35,546 nt of DNA from a virus. A model generated the notes under the pieces. It did not search any database and was not told where the DNA came from. It saw only the letters and a list, made by a program, of their open reading frames with translations. The stretch lies in the IMG/VR virus record IMGVR_UViG_3300005607_000421; one strand, written 5' to 3'. Position numbers and translations under genes: made by a program. This document shows, piece by piece, positions 1 through 8,420 of the stretch (position 1 is its first letter; each line of letters opens with the position of its first letter).

Positions 1-216
1 GTACAGCTCTTCAGCTTCCTTGCCATATGCAGGAATGCCATACTGCACGCCATTCTCGCATGTTACTTCAACAAAGCAATAGTCTATGCCGTTTGATAGC
101 TGGCCTGACGAGGGGGAGATTAGCTTGGTGATCTTGGCCTCCTTCTCATTCTCATCTTTTGCCTTTCTGTATACAATCTCCTTCAATGCCTCTGTTGCAC
201 TTGAATACTTGGTCAC
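1..216 (-). CDS. Hypothetical protein, partial (runs off the left edge); not in the ORF track
   Basis: GTG at 216 opens an uninterrupted frame to position 1: VTKYSSATEALKEIVYRKAKDENEKEAKITKLISPSSGQLSNGIDYCFVEVTCENGVQYGIPAYGKEAEELY. A TAG lies just upstream in frame. Confidence 0.5.
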   Translation of the reverse strand, partial: MTKYSSATEALKEIVYRKAKDENEKEAKITKLISPSSGQLSNGIDYCFVEVTCENGVQYGIPAYGKEAEELY

Positions 217-822
217 TTGCTATCCGCCCTCGTCCTGCCTAACCTGCTATCCTCCAGTTCCTGCTGGATTACTTTCAAATCGCAAATGGATTTTCTTGTT
301 GCCATACGTCAGCGGTTTTCGCTCTATAATTATTTAAGAAATGCTCAGCGGTGGACAAGTATCAGCCGATAAGTGTTGCGCCGTACACGTTGATCAATCC
401 ATTCATTTATTCTGCTAGACGATTCTGGAATCAAGTTAATACTATCAACTCATCGCGTGTAATTACTACTTATTCTCTATATCTACGCTTTATTGGCGAT
501 AGAAGCACTGCAGATAAAGATTCTTGCGAAATCCAGAAAGATAGGATGTTAGAGCTGCAATACTGGGCTGACGAAGTGAAAATGGTCATCACTGAAAGGA
601 AGCCCGAGTGAATAGGATAATCGCTGCAGCAAACAACCATTTCACCAGCTCCGGTCTATCAATTACCAACACCTGCAAGCTATTGGGGCTCTCAAAGATA
701 GCACTTCAACCAGAAAATCAACAGAAAAGACTGACAGATTTTACGTAAATATGCTAGTTGATGCATTTAAGAGCTATTTTAATGGTTAAAGCATGAGATT
801 ACATATATAATTCATTTTCAGG

Positions 823-2190
823 ATGAAATTGATGCTCTCCAAGACAATAGACAAGAAAACGTCTATTATGACATTTGCTTTGTATTCAATGCTCATTGGA
901 GATATCGTCATCTGTACCTTTTTTGATATCGTAGGTAGAATTCTTAATTCACAAGCCGGGTTGGCGTTATTTATAACAATGAGTGGAATTTCGTTTTTCA
1001 CTGGCATCTATATTTTAAGAGAATATTTGAAAAAATTACAGATTGGTACGACTGATTCACCATTTCTAACTGGCCTGGCAAAATCCACTCCACTCATTCT
1101 CTATGCAAACTTGGGTATCATGGTGGCTATAATTCTCCAGATGGCACTCGTTTCAGGCTATAGTTCATATTTTCTAATTGCAATTACAGTAACAAGTGGT
1201 ACAACTGGGTGCCTGCTTTTTGGCTTCCGTTTTTACAAATTCCTTACTTGGTACAAATCAAGCAAAGGCAATATCATGATCTTAGCCTTTGCCATAGCAA
1301 CTCTATTCTACATTGTTGCAATGGCAAGCACCATCATTCTCAATACAATGACATTCTCGCATAGACCAATATTGAGCACTGAGAATAAGGCTACCGTCGA
1401 GCCAGCAAAATTTTTAACACCAATCGAGAACAGAATTAACCTATATGCGTACGCTATTCCTGTCGTTACCGCTATAGTTCCCCAGATGATTGGAATAGCC
1501 TTCTTCTTGCGCTATTTCAAAGATAAAATAGGATCGCTCAAATTCTGGGCAATTATCATTCTGCCTCCTCTTCTTCTTCTGATATCAGACTTTTTGCCAC
1601 AAATTGCTACATCAGCACAGAATTTTGTGTACCTCAATTCAGAGTTTCTCCTATTCAGAGTAATTGGCACACTTGGCTGGGTGAGTAGTTCGTTTGTGAT
1701 GGGATATGCATACCTATCAGTTGCAAGGACGATTCAACAGCAGACCATCCATAGCACTGTAATCAATTATCTGATGGTTGCCGCATTTGCAGAAATACTC
1801 TTTCCACCTACTCTCAATGATGCAATAGTCTTTGGATTGTATCCTGCCTTTGGAAGCATTGCGTATTGCTTCTTTATTGTATCTGCATTTCTATTTAGTA
1901 CCGGTATCTACTCTGCAGCTATATCAGTATCCGAAGATGCAAAGTTGCGGCACTCAATTAGGAAATATGCAAAGGAGTCCAAAATACTAGATACTATTGG
2001 AAGCGCCCAGCTAGAAGTAGAGATCCAAAATAAAGTGATAAAACTTGTTCACGAGCAACAAGATTCTATGACTAGAGAAACCGGCGTAGAGTCTCGAATG
2101 ACTGACAATGATATCAGGCAGTATTTGGAGATGGTAGTCGCAGAAGCAAAGAGCAAAGACAGCAGCAACAACAACAAGTCAGTAACATAA
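823..2190 (+). CDS. Multi-pass membrane protein with a soluble C-terminal helical tail (thaumarchaeal sensor-like hypothetical), host gene
   Basis: 455 aa, about 9-10 hydrophobic segments, followed by a charged tail (LRHSIRKYAKESKILDTIGSAQLEVEIQNKV). Confidence 0.7.
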   Translation: MKLMLSKTIDKKTSIMTFALYSMLIGDIVICTFFDIVGRILNSQAGLALFITMSGISFFTGIYILREYLKKLQIGTTDSPFLTGLAKSTPLILYANLGIMVAIILQMALVSGYSSYFLIAITVTSGTTGCLLFGFRFYKFLTWYKSSKGNIMILAFAIATLFYIVAMASTIILNTMTFSHRPILSTENKATVEPAKFLTPIENRINLYAYAIPVVTAIVPQMIGIAFFLRYFKDKIGSLKFWAIIILPPLLLLISDFLPQIATSAQNFVYLNSEFLLFRVIGTLGWVSSSFVMGYAYLSVARTIQQQTIHSTVINYLMVAAFAEILFPPTLNDAIVFGLYPAFGSIAYCFFIVSAFLFSTGIYSAAISVSEDAKLRHSIRKYAKESKILDTIGSAQLEVEIQNKVIKLVHEQQDSMTRETGVESRMTDNDIRQYLEMVVAEAKSKDSSNNNKSVT

Positions 2191-2266
2191 ATGGTTATGA
2201 GCGCATTTTTCTTTATGGTCCAACCAAGGCTGTGCTATCAGTGATGACCACATAATGTACTAGAAC

Positions 2267-2292
2267 AGAAAAGAAAAGAAAAAAGAAGGAAA
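2267..2292 (-). terminator. U-rich archaeal-type terminator candidate after the S53 peptidase gene
   Basis: Plus-strand A/G tract agaaaagaaaagaaaaaaagaagga, which is oligo-T on the minus strand, between convergent genes. Confidence 0.45.
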
Positions 2293-2338
2293 GGAGAAGG
2301 AGCGGGAGGAAAAGACCCCTGTTACTCCAGCCAATCAA

Positions 2339-3598
2339 CTAGTGTGTCTGCAAGTACGGAACCAGGCTGCTGGCTAGAGGGCTACCTAGCCCTGTCACAA
2401 AGTCGTATCCTGTTGTGGCAGAGTAGCCGTTGCTTCCGGATGTGATGTCCCTGTAGTTGGCAGCATAAAGTGCGCCTGCGGCAGCGCTGTATATTGTGCT
2501 GTCAGATAGCGTTGTCATTATTGTCCTGCCGCTATTCACAATAGCTGCAAGGGCTGCCCACTGGGGAGCCCCTGCGCTTGTGCCTCCGACCAGAAACCAT
2601 CCTGCCTGTCCCTGATAGCCTGCGCTGTCATAAACAGAAACTCCTGTGTTTGGATTTGCGTCATACGAAACATCCGGCACTCCTCTCATGCCGCCGCTCT
2701 GTATTGTAGCACCGTATGGATACCTGTAGCCTGTCTGGTATGATGGTTCAAACTCATAGCTGCTTTTTCCTCCGCCGCTTCCGCTCCAGGCTGTTTCACT
2801 CCTGACATTGCCAAGGCTATCTAGGTACAGTGACGTGCCTCCAACTCCTGTCACGTACCGTGAAGCTGCCGGGTACAGTACAGCACTTCCGCCATCCCCG
2901 GCTGACGCAAAGAAAGTCACTCCTGCCTTGTTAAAGTGGTAGTCATAGCTTGTCTCGCCAGAGAACTCGGAGGCACCCCAGCTCATGGATACCTGTTTGG
3001 CTCCGTGTGACGTTGCATAGTCAACTGCTGCAAGCAGGCTGCTCAGATAGCTGTCACGAGCCTCCACCAGCATTATCTTTGCCTGCGGCGCTACTGCATG
3101 CGCCCACTGGACATCCAGCGAGATTTCAAGTGCCCATCCAGAGTTAAAGCTTGGCCTGAATCCTGAGGCATACACCTGCGAGAAGCATCCGTTGGCAACT
3201 GTGCATGGCGGAAGGCCAAAGGTGTTGCTGAAAGTGGCAAGGTCAGCTGCAGCATTTGGGTCGTCGTATGCGTCTATGATGGCTATTGTCTGTCCTACAC
3301 CGCAGGTATTTGCAGTGGCGCAGGGCAGAGTGCTAAAGCCATATGCGTGCTTTATCTGGGCAGGCGAGTAGCCTGCAGGCGATATTGTGGCGTCCGGCTT
3401 GAAGTGCACAGGCGGGTGCACATCGGGATCTGATGCTTGCTGGTGCTTTCCAGAACCTTGTCCAGCATCAGAGCCGGGTGCCTGCTCCTGCCCTGCAGCC
3501 TCAGCAGCTGGCAATTGCAGAAAAATCTGTGCAATTCCAGTCGAGAGGGCAAGGACAGACAAAAATAAAAAAAGACTGTATTTGTTCTTGCTTTTCAT
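2339..3598 (-). CDS. Secreted S53 (sedolisin/kumamolisin-like) serine peptidase
   Basis: Signal peptide (MKSKNKYSLFLFLSVLALSTGIA), E-x-x-L-D motif (EISLDVQWAHAVAP), oxyanion region SAGDGG, catalytic GGTSAGAP, and a C-terminal Ca-site-like GYDFVTGLGSP. Start placed at ATG 3598; the ORF extends to TTG 3619. Confidence 0.9.
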   Translation of the reverse strand: MKSKNKYSLFLFLSVLALSTGIAQIFLQLPAAEAAGQEQAPGSDAGQGSGKHQQASDPDVHPPVHFKPDATISPAGYSPAQIKHAYGFSTLPCATANTCGVGQTIAIIDAYDDPNAAADLATFSNTFGLPPCTVANGCFSQVYASGFRPSFNSGWALEISLDVQWAHAVAPQAKIMLVEARDSYLSSLLAAVDYATSHGAKQVSMSWGASEFSGETSYDYHFNKAGVTFFASAGDGGSAVLYPAASRYVTGVGGTSLYLDSLGNVRSETAWSGSGGGKSSYEFEPSYQTGYRYPYGATIQSGGMRGVPDVSYDANPNTGVSVYDSAGYQGQAGWFLVGGTSAGAPQWAALAAIVNSGRTIMTTLSDSTIYSAAAGALYAANYRDITSGSNGYSATTGYDFVTGLGSPLASSLVPYLQTH

Positions 3599-3620
3599 GT
3601 GGAAGGCTGAGTGTAACAAG

Positions 3621-3632
3621 GATATATAAAAA
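3621..3632 (-). promoter_or_regulatory. TATA box for the S53 peptidase gene
   Basis: TTTTTATATATC on the minus strand, centred about 28 nt upstream of ATG 3598, which is typical archaeal spacing for a near-leaderless transcript. Confidence 0.5.
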
Positions 3633-3754
3633 TCTTATATGACTAGATTGTATAACATTTTATCAAATAGAGAATAAGAGCAAAAAGCGCGCTACAGTTC
3701 AGTTCTTCACTTCACCACGCTAAAATAAAATAGAATGAATTGCCAAGCTAGGAT

Positions 3755-4369
3755 ATGGCCGGCGCAGCTGCAGGGGCAAGCATGGGTATAGCTTCCCAGT
3801 CGGCTATATTCACTGTAATCATTGTCGCAGTAATTCTTGCTGCAAGATTTGTTCGGGCAATAAAGGGAACCCGAGTGAGCCGGAACCGGCTCATCGCATT
3901 TTCAGCAGTGCTTGCTGGCTTTTCTGCATTTATAACAGCAAGCTCGTTTTTTGCTGCCGGCATCCCTGTGTTATATGCAATTCCATATGCCGGAGTCTTT
4001 GCAGCCTCTGCAAACGTTGGTCACAGGCTTTCTAAAAATTCACTGTCCTTCTGGAAGGCTGCAGACGGCTCTATCTTTGTAAAGGGAGGCCTGTTTATTA
4101 TGGCGATTTACTTTGGAGCTTTGATTGCCAGATTGACCATCAATATATTGTTCGGTGGACCTTTCAGCTCTGAATTTGCATTCTCTCCATCATTATCTCC
4201 CACTTCAAGTCTGTCTTCAGCCCATGTCGATGGAGCAAGATACTGGGCTTCCGTTGTCACAGACCTGCTTTTGATGCTGGGAGCAGGGTTGTTTACTGGC
4301 AGGAACATAATGGTGCTGCGGCGCTATGCCGCAATAAGGAGCGGCAGAGAATCAGTGGAGGCAGCTTAG
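3755..4369 (+). CDS. Membrane protein, CcdC/DUF1453-like, host gene
   Basis: 204 aa with several TM segments and the motif SFWKAADGSIFVKGG...ARL. Confidence 0.6.
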   Translation: MAGAAAGASMGIASQSAIFTVIIVAVILAARFVRAIKGTRVSRNRLIAFSAVLAGFSAFITASSFFAAGIPVLYAIPYAGVFAASANVGHRLSKNSLSFWKAADGSIFVKGGLFIMAIYFGALIARLTINILFGGPFSSEFAFSPSLSPTSSLSSAHVDGARYWASVVTDLLLMLGAGLFTGRNIMVLRRYAAIRSGRESVEAA

Positions 4370-4390
4370 TAAAGTAAGGCAACCGAACGT

Positions 4391-4420
4391 GAAAGAAAAA
4401 GAAAAGGAAAGAAAAGAAAA
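4391..4420 (-). terminator. U-rich terminator candidate at the 3' end of the virion-gene transcript (likely left boundary of the element)
   Basis: gaaagaaaaagaaaaggaaagaaaagaaaa on the plus strand, which is T-tracts on the minus strand. It follows the last minus-strand tail gene, with a short gccagc-caa-gctggc hairpin nearby at about 4440-4454. Confidence 0.5.
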
Positions 4421-4474
4421 GACAAAGACAAATCAAATTGCCAGCCAAGCTGGCTGGCCTGATCATTTACTCTC

Positions 4475-4858
4475 TTATCTGCCTATCATCACTTGTCTTG
4501 GTGGCGGTCTGCAACCCTCACAGCATTCTCCCGATACTGTAATAGAAACATGCTCGGCCTTCTCATGCTCTCCCTTATGCAGCCAGTGTTGAGAGTGCAG
4601 GTCTGCCTCTTCGTTTGTTGCACACTCTTCGAGTGCAAAATCCTGTACAAAGCGGTCAAGCATTTCCTTGTTTTTTGACGCAATGACACTGATGGCCTGC
4701 TTCATATCTGGATGGTATGACCAGTGCATCATATCTATGCCCTCATCTTTCGCTCTGTCAGGATAGTTGACATCAAGCCAGCCTCCAACGACTAACGCTA
4801 TAACAGGATGGTTGTTGTTTGCAACCGGTGTATGCACTATTTTTCTATAAACTGTCAT
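4475..4858 (-). CDS. Hypothetical protein directly after the tail fibre gene (possible fibre assembly/accessory protein)
   Basis: 127 aa, starts 2 nt after the fibre stop codon; His/Cys-rich C-terminus. Function is inferred from position only. Confidence 0.55.
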   Translation of the reverse strand: MTVYRKIVHTPVANNNHPVIALVVGGWLDVNYPDRAKDEGIDMMHWSYHPDMKQAISVIASKNKEMLDRFVQDFALEECATNEEADLHSQHWLHKGEHEKAEHVSITVSGECCEGCRPPPRQVMIGR

Positions 4859-4860
4859 CG

Positions 4861-6393
4861 CTATGCCTTCACCCCTGCCAGTATCATTGCGGGAACGACA
4901 GTCAGGATTCTGTTGTTTGTAGAGCCGTTTTGAACAAATGCCCTCAGAACTGTCCCTGCACCAGAATTGGGTACACTAGTCGTGATGGTGGCCTTGAGAA
5001 CATGATTTGCATATACTTTGACTGTGTTAGCTGCCAGAAAGTTAGCCATCACTCCATACACTGCTGCAGTGTTTGCGATGCCCGTATCTACGTTTGTAAA
5101 ACTGCTTGAATTGTTTGCAGCATAAGCCTGCCAGTTGCCTGTTCCACTGGCGAACAAGCCGAAACTGTTCTGCTTTGTGTTGCTCAAAAGGGTGTTTGAG
5201 CAGATGCAGACCTCCATATAATCAGATGCATTTGTTGTGCCTCTAGCCTCCAGTCCAGCGATGGCAAACCACTGGTTGTTGTTTGGGCTGTTTGTAATGT
5301 ATGTAGAGCCGTCAAATGTTCCAGAAGGCAGCACAACCTGTGCTGTGCTGCCGGCAGTTGTGCCAGTGGCGACATCTATTCTGTTTTCTGTCGTTGTGTA
5401 AGATGCCGTAATACTGCCAGAACCGGAATTGCTCGTTACGTAGAGGCTGGATGTGGCCTGATATAATGCGTTTACGATTACATTTGCCTGCTGTTGTAAA
5501 AAGATAGAGAACATGTCCTGCGCTATCGAGCAGGTGTTGTCAAGCGCCTTGTTAGATAGAGTCTGAGTTGAAGTTAAATCGACAACCTGCTCCCATGCTG
5601 TGTTCTCGACATTTCTGCGGTACATGACGCCTGCTGTGAAACTTGAGCCTGTTACTGTGCAGTATGCAAGCATCCCGCTATGACAGTCAGAGTATATCTG
5701 CTTGGCTGCACTTGAGACATCTCCACTGAATATCTGCAACTGGTCTATCTGGCCAGAGAAATAGTTGGCGCCGTTGTTTGACCCTATATACAGGGTAGAT
5801 GTATTCTGGTTTGGCGTAATGGCAGATGTTTGCGAGCTGTCCAGAACGCCGTTGATGTATATCTTCCAGACGCTTGTCCCGTCAAAAGTGGCAATAAAGT
5901 GATACCACGTATTATTGGAAAGTACAGTAACGCTATCCAGCGTTAATGTTGTTGTGCCGTTGCCGATTGCAAGCTCGAGCTTGCCGTTGGCCAACAAAGC
6001 AATAGAATAATTCCGCGCATTGCCAAAAACGCCTTTTGTCAGAACAGCTTGCAGCGTGCCTACAGCAGTTGGGTATATCCATCCTGAAATGGAAAAGGCC
6101 GATAGGTGCAGCGAGGAAGCATCATTGACCGTAACGTACTGAGAAGATCCGTTTAGTGAGATAGCCTGCCCGTAGACGCCGTTTATGTAGGTAGGTGACC
6201 CGACGCCGGTGCCATTGTTTGAACCTTGTGAGTCGTTGAGGCTGCCGCCAAACGCCCACCTGCTCACTAGGTTGGTGATATAATCTAAAGCGGCGATGTT
6301 TGCTCCTACATCCACAACAATAGATTTCCAGTTCATGCGCTGGCGTGTCGGTACGTCAGCATCTACATAGGATTGCCCAAAAGAATTGCCCAA
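4861..6393 (-). CDS. Tail fibre / receptor-binding protein with a LamG (concanavalin A-like) domain
   Basis: 510 aa, S/T/N/G-rich. LamG signature FSISGWIYP...WYHFIATFDG...KIYINGVLDS...LYIGS...FSGQIDQLQIF, plus a second beta-rich C-terminal domain. Located at the end of the tail module. Confidence 0.8.
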   Translation of the reverse strand: MGNSFGQSYVDADVPTRQRMNWKSIVVDVGANIAALDYITNLVSRWAFGGSLNDSQGSNNGTGVGSPTYINGVYGQAISLNGSSQYVTVNDASSLHLSAFSISGWIYPTAVGTLQAVLTKGVFGNARNYSIALLANGKLELAIGNGTTTLTLDSVTVLSNNTWYHFIATFDGTSVWKIYINGVLDSSQTSAITPNQNTSTLYIGSNNGANYFSGQIDQLQIFSGDVSSAAKQIYSDCHSGMLAYCTVTGSSFTAGVMYRRNVENTAWEQVVDLTSTQTLSNKALDNTCSIAQDMFSIFLQQQANVIVNALYQATSSLYVTSNSGSGSITASYTTTENRIDVATGTTAGSTAQVVLPSGTFDGSTYITNSPNNNQWFAIAGLEARGTTNASDYMEVCICSNTLLSNTKQNSFGLFASGTGNWQAYAANNSSSFTNVDTGIANTAAVYGVMANFLAANTVKVYANHVLKATITTSVPNSGAGTVLRAFVQNGSTNNRILTVVPAMILAGVKA

Positions 6394-6448
6394 CTAGACT
6401 GCCTCATCTCCTTCATGCTCTGACTGCCTACTTCCACCTAGACTTGGT

Positions 6449-6784
6449 CTAATATCCAATATCAAAGCATCCGACCTCAATGATGGGGTTAGTCACGCCA
6501 GTCGAGTTGGCAGCATCGAACGGTATCTCCCATTGCCCAGTGTTGGCGGTTCTATTTGTCAACGAATCGCTGCAGCTGCAAAGGTCAGAAGGCGTCTGCT
6601 GGTTCTGGTTAGTTGTGGCAGCATCAGATATCTGGCAGATATCCGGATATATGGGGATGTTATAGTCAGGCGAGATGTTCTGCTGACCTGTGTCTCCGGC
6701 TTTTCTATTTGTGATATACTGCCTGATCTCGGCCATATAGGCCATGTATGTCGTATCGTTGTAGCTGTTTGTCGGTGAGCTCAT
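6449..6784 (-). CDS. Hypothetical tail-region protein (111 aa)
   Basis: ATG at 6784 lies just after the upstream gene's stop. The ORF track's extension to 6943 overlaps that gene and is probably not coding. Confidence 0.55.
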   Translation of the reverse strand: MSSPTNSYNDTTYMAYMAEIRQYITNRKAGDTGQQNISPDYNIPIYPDICQISDAATTNQNQQTPSDLCSCSDSLTNRTANTGQWEIPFDAANSTGVTNPIIEVGCFDIGY

Positions 6785-6807
6785 CTCTATTCTGTCCACC
6801 TGCCTGC

Positions 6808-7317
6808 CTAGGTTGGAGTAAGGGTCCAAGTCCAGCTTACTGTAGCAGTATTGGAAGATGACTTGGCAAACGACGATCCCAGCAGTTTGCGAGAGCCCAT
6901 CACACCACTGGATGATGCGTTGAATATTCCAGTCTCGTTCCATGTGCCATTACCCTGCGATGTTGAAAAGAAGGTGTCAAAGTGAGCCGTGTTTGTCACC
7001 GCATAAGCTGAAGTTACAGCAACTCTCCCAAGCTCGCTCTGAAGGCTGGCGTCTGTAGCGAGAACCGCATTTGTCCCAGAGCCCACCGCACAATAAGTGA
7101 AATAGGCAGTAGAAGCACCAGTACATAGTTGAGAAATCAGGTTAGAGCCGGCGTTGACTATGAGATTCTTTCCTCTATCACAGTACATGAGGCCCTGTCT
7201 TGCTTTGCGTGACGATAACGTATCTTCAAAAGTGCGCACACAGTTAGCATTGAAGCCATGTACCAGAACCTCTCCTCGAATTTCTAAACTGGATTTTTGT
7301 AGAGATGTTCCTCGCAT
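6808..7317 (-). CDS. Tail-collar/fibre-anchor-like protein
   Basis: Pattern NLIVNAG...AVGSG...DASLQSELGR...GTWNETGIF...K...TVSWTWT typical of tail-collar fibre N-terminal domains. Start placed at ATG 7317. Confidence 0.7.
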   Translation of the reverse strand: MRGTSLQKSSLEIRGEVLVHGFNANCVRTFEDTLSSRKARQGLMYCDRGKNLIVNAGSNLISQLCTGASTAYFTYCAVGSGTNAVLATDASLQSELGRVAVTSAYAVTNTAHFDTFFSTSQGNGTWNETGIFNASSSGVMGSRKLLGSSFAKSSSNTATVSWTWTLTPT

Positions 7318-7345
7318 TACTGGGAAAAGGTAGGTGTAATGCAAG

Positions 7346-7359
7346 AAAAGAGAATTAAT
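7346..7359 (-). promoter_or_regulatory. Conserved module motif, copy 1 (ATTAATTCTCTTTT)
   Basis: Plus strand aaaagagaattaat, 29 nt from ATG 7317. Confidence 0.7.
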
Positions 7360-7399
7360 GAACCAAAACTATCCACTATCGGATGGTCGACGACAGAAG

Positions 7400-7639
7400 T
7401 CAATCTTCAGGTGGGAATACCTGCTCTTTTAAGTCCAGGTAGCCAGCAACAGCATCCTGCACTTCTGATGGGAGCTGAGAAAATCGGCAGCCTATCCTCA
7501 TAAGCTCCACAAAACCAGCTACTGTTATGGTCTTGCCTTCTACTCTATCTGGAAAGGGATTTGGAAATTCCTTGTGCGCCAGCTCTCTGTATTTACGCTC
7601 AATCTCTGATTTCTGAACGGATGAAGCTGACTTTGCCAT
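7400..7639 (-). CDS. Small partner protein of the 246-aa leader protein (immunity/chaperone candidate)
   Basis: 79 aa, overlaps the 3' end of 7599-8339. Homologous to the frameshifted gene at 26042-26252 (NPFPD...GFVELMRIG..FSQLPSEVQDAV). Confidence 0.7.
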   Translation of the reverse strand: MAKSASSVQKSEIERKYRELAHKEFPNPFPDRVEGKTITVAGFVELMRIGCRFSQLPSEVQDAVAGYLDLKEQVFPPED

Positions 7640-8339
7640 CTCTCCTGATCACTATGGCAGATTCTTGGTTATAAAACGTTAACAACTCTTTCACCTGTGA
7701 GTCAGTTGTTCCCTCGTCAAGCGGGGCCGAAATATCGAGATATCGCTTTCCAGTTTTAGTACTCGCAAAACCACCTATCATTGGATAGTAACCATTTAAG
7801 CGTAGGTCGTTGTATGCCTTTTCAGTTTCCTTATTAAGTGTGCTTGAAGTGTTATTGGTTGTGGCAACAATGTAGAGGTCGCTTTTGCCATCAGTGTACC
7901 TTGACAACATTTCATTTGCGTGAGCAGGACTGTTGAAGGCATCATAGACTTTGCTTGTATGTGGGTCGAATGAGAAATTCTCTGGAAGCTTGCCAGAGAC
8001 TGATAATGACCTGTACTTTTCCACCGACTTGTCATATGTCAATGGTTTTTTTCTTGAAACCGCTAGCTTGCCCCTATCTTTATCACCTATTATTCTGGCA
8101 ATAGCGTGCTGCTTGTCGGGTGCAGATCCCACTTGACCTTTATCTGAGTTTGGATTGTCACCTCCGCCAACACCAGATGCAAATCTGCCCTTTTCATCGT
8201 GGTTTGGGTTGAATTCTTGGTTCTGGAACCGGAACTCTTGCAAGAGACGATTGACATCAAACTGCCTTATCCTGACTGGTTTTCTTCTGGATCCGAGCAT
8301 TCGCAGGTGGAAAGCAAAGGGATCATTGTCTATAGACAT
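7599..8339 (-). CDS. Conserved-leader protein, type A (leader + linker + uncharacterised alpha/beta domain)
   Basis: N-terminus MSIDNDPFAFHLRMLG...RQFDVNRLLQEF...EFNPNHDEKGRFASG matches three other ORFs in the window. The C-terminal domain has GGF...YLDIS...YNQESAIVI. Confidence 0.8.
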   Translation of the reverse strand: MSIDNDPFAFHLRMLGSRRKPVRIRQFDVNRLLQEFRFQNQEFNPNHDEKGRFASGVGGGDNPNSDKGQVGSAPDKQHAIARIIGDKDRGKLAVSRKKPLTYDKSVEKYRSLSVSGKLPENFSFDPHTSKVYDAFNSPAHANEMLSRYTDGKSDLYIVATTNNTSSTLNKETEKAYNDLRLNGYYPMIGGFASTKTGKRYLDISAPLDEGTTDSQVKELLTFYNQESAIVIRRDGKVSFIRSEIRD

Positions 8340-8372
8340 GCAACTGATGACATAAAGCGATGCATTCAGAGG

Positions 8373-8384
8373 AAAAGAGAATTA
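8373..8384 (-). promoter_or_regulatory. Conserved module motif, copy 2
   Basis: aaaagagaatta, 34 nt from ATG 8339. Confidence 0.65.
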
Positions 8385-8420
8385 CCGCGTTCACTCAGTA
8401 AGTGAGTACACGCTATACTA

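Noticed and set aside
86-611. Plus-strand ORFs 86-337 and 351-611
   Set aside because: The first is antisense to a more protein-like minus-strand frame (1-216). The second lacks motifs or context support.
4370-4474. Attachment site at the left boundary
   Set aside because: No tRNA or direct repeat could be identified, and a partner site would lie outside the window. Only terminator-like tracts are present.
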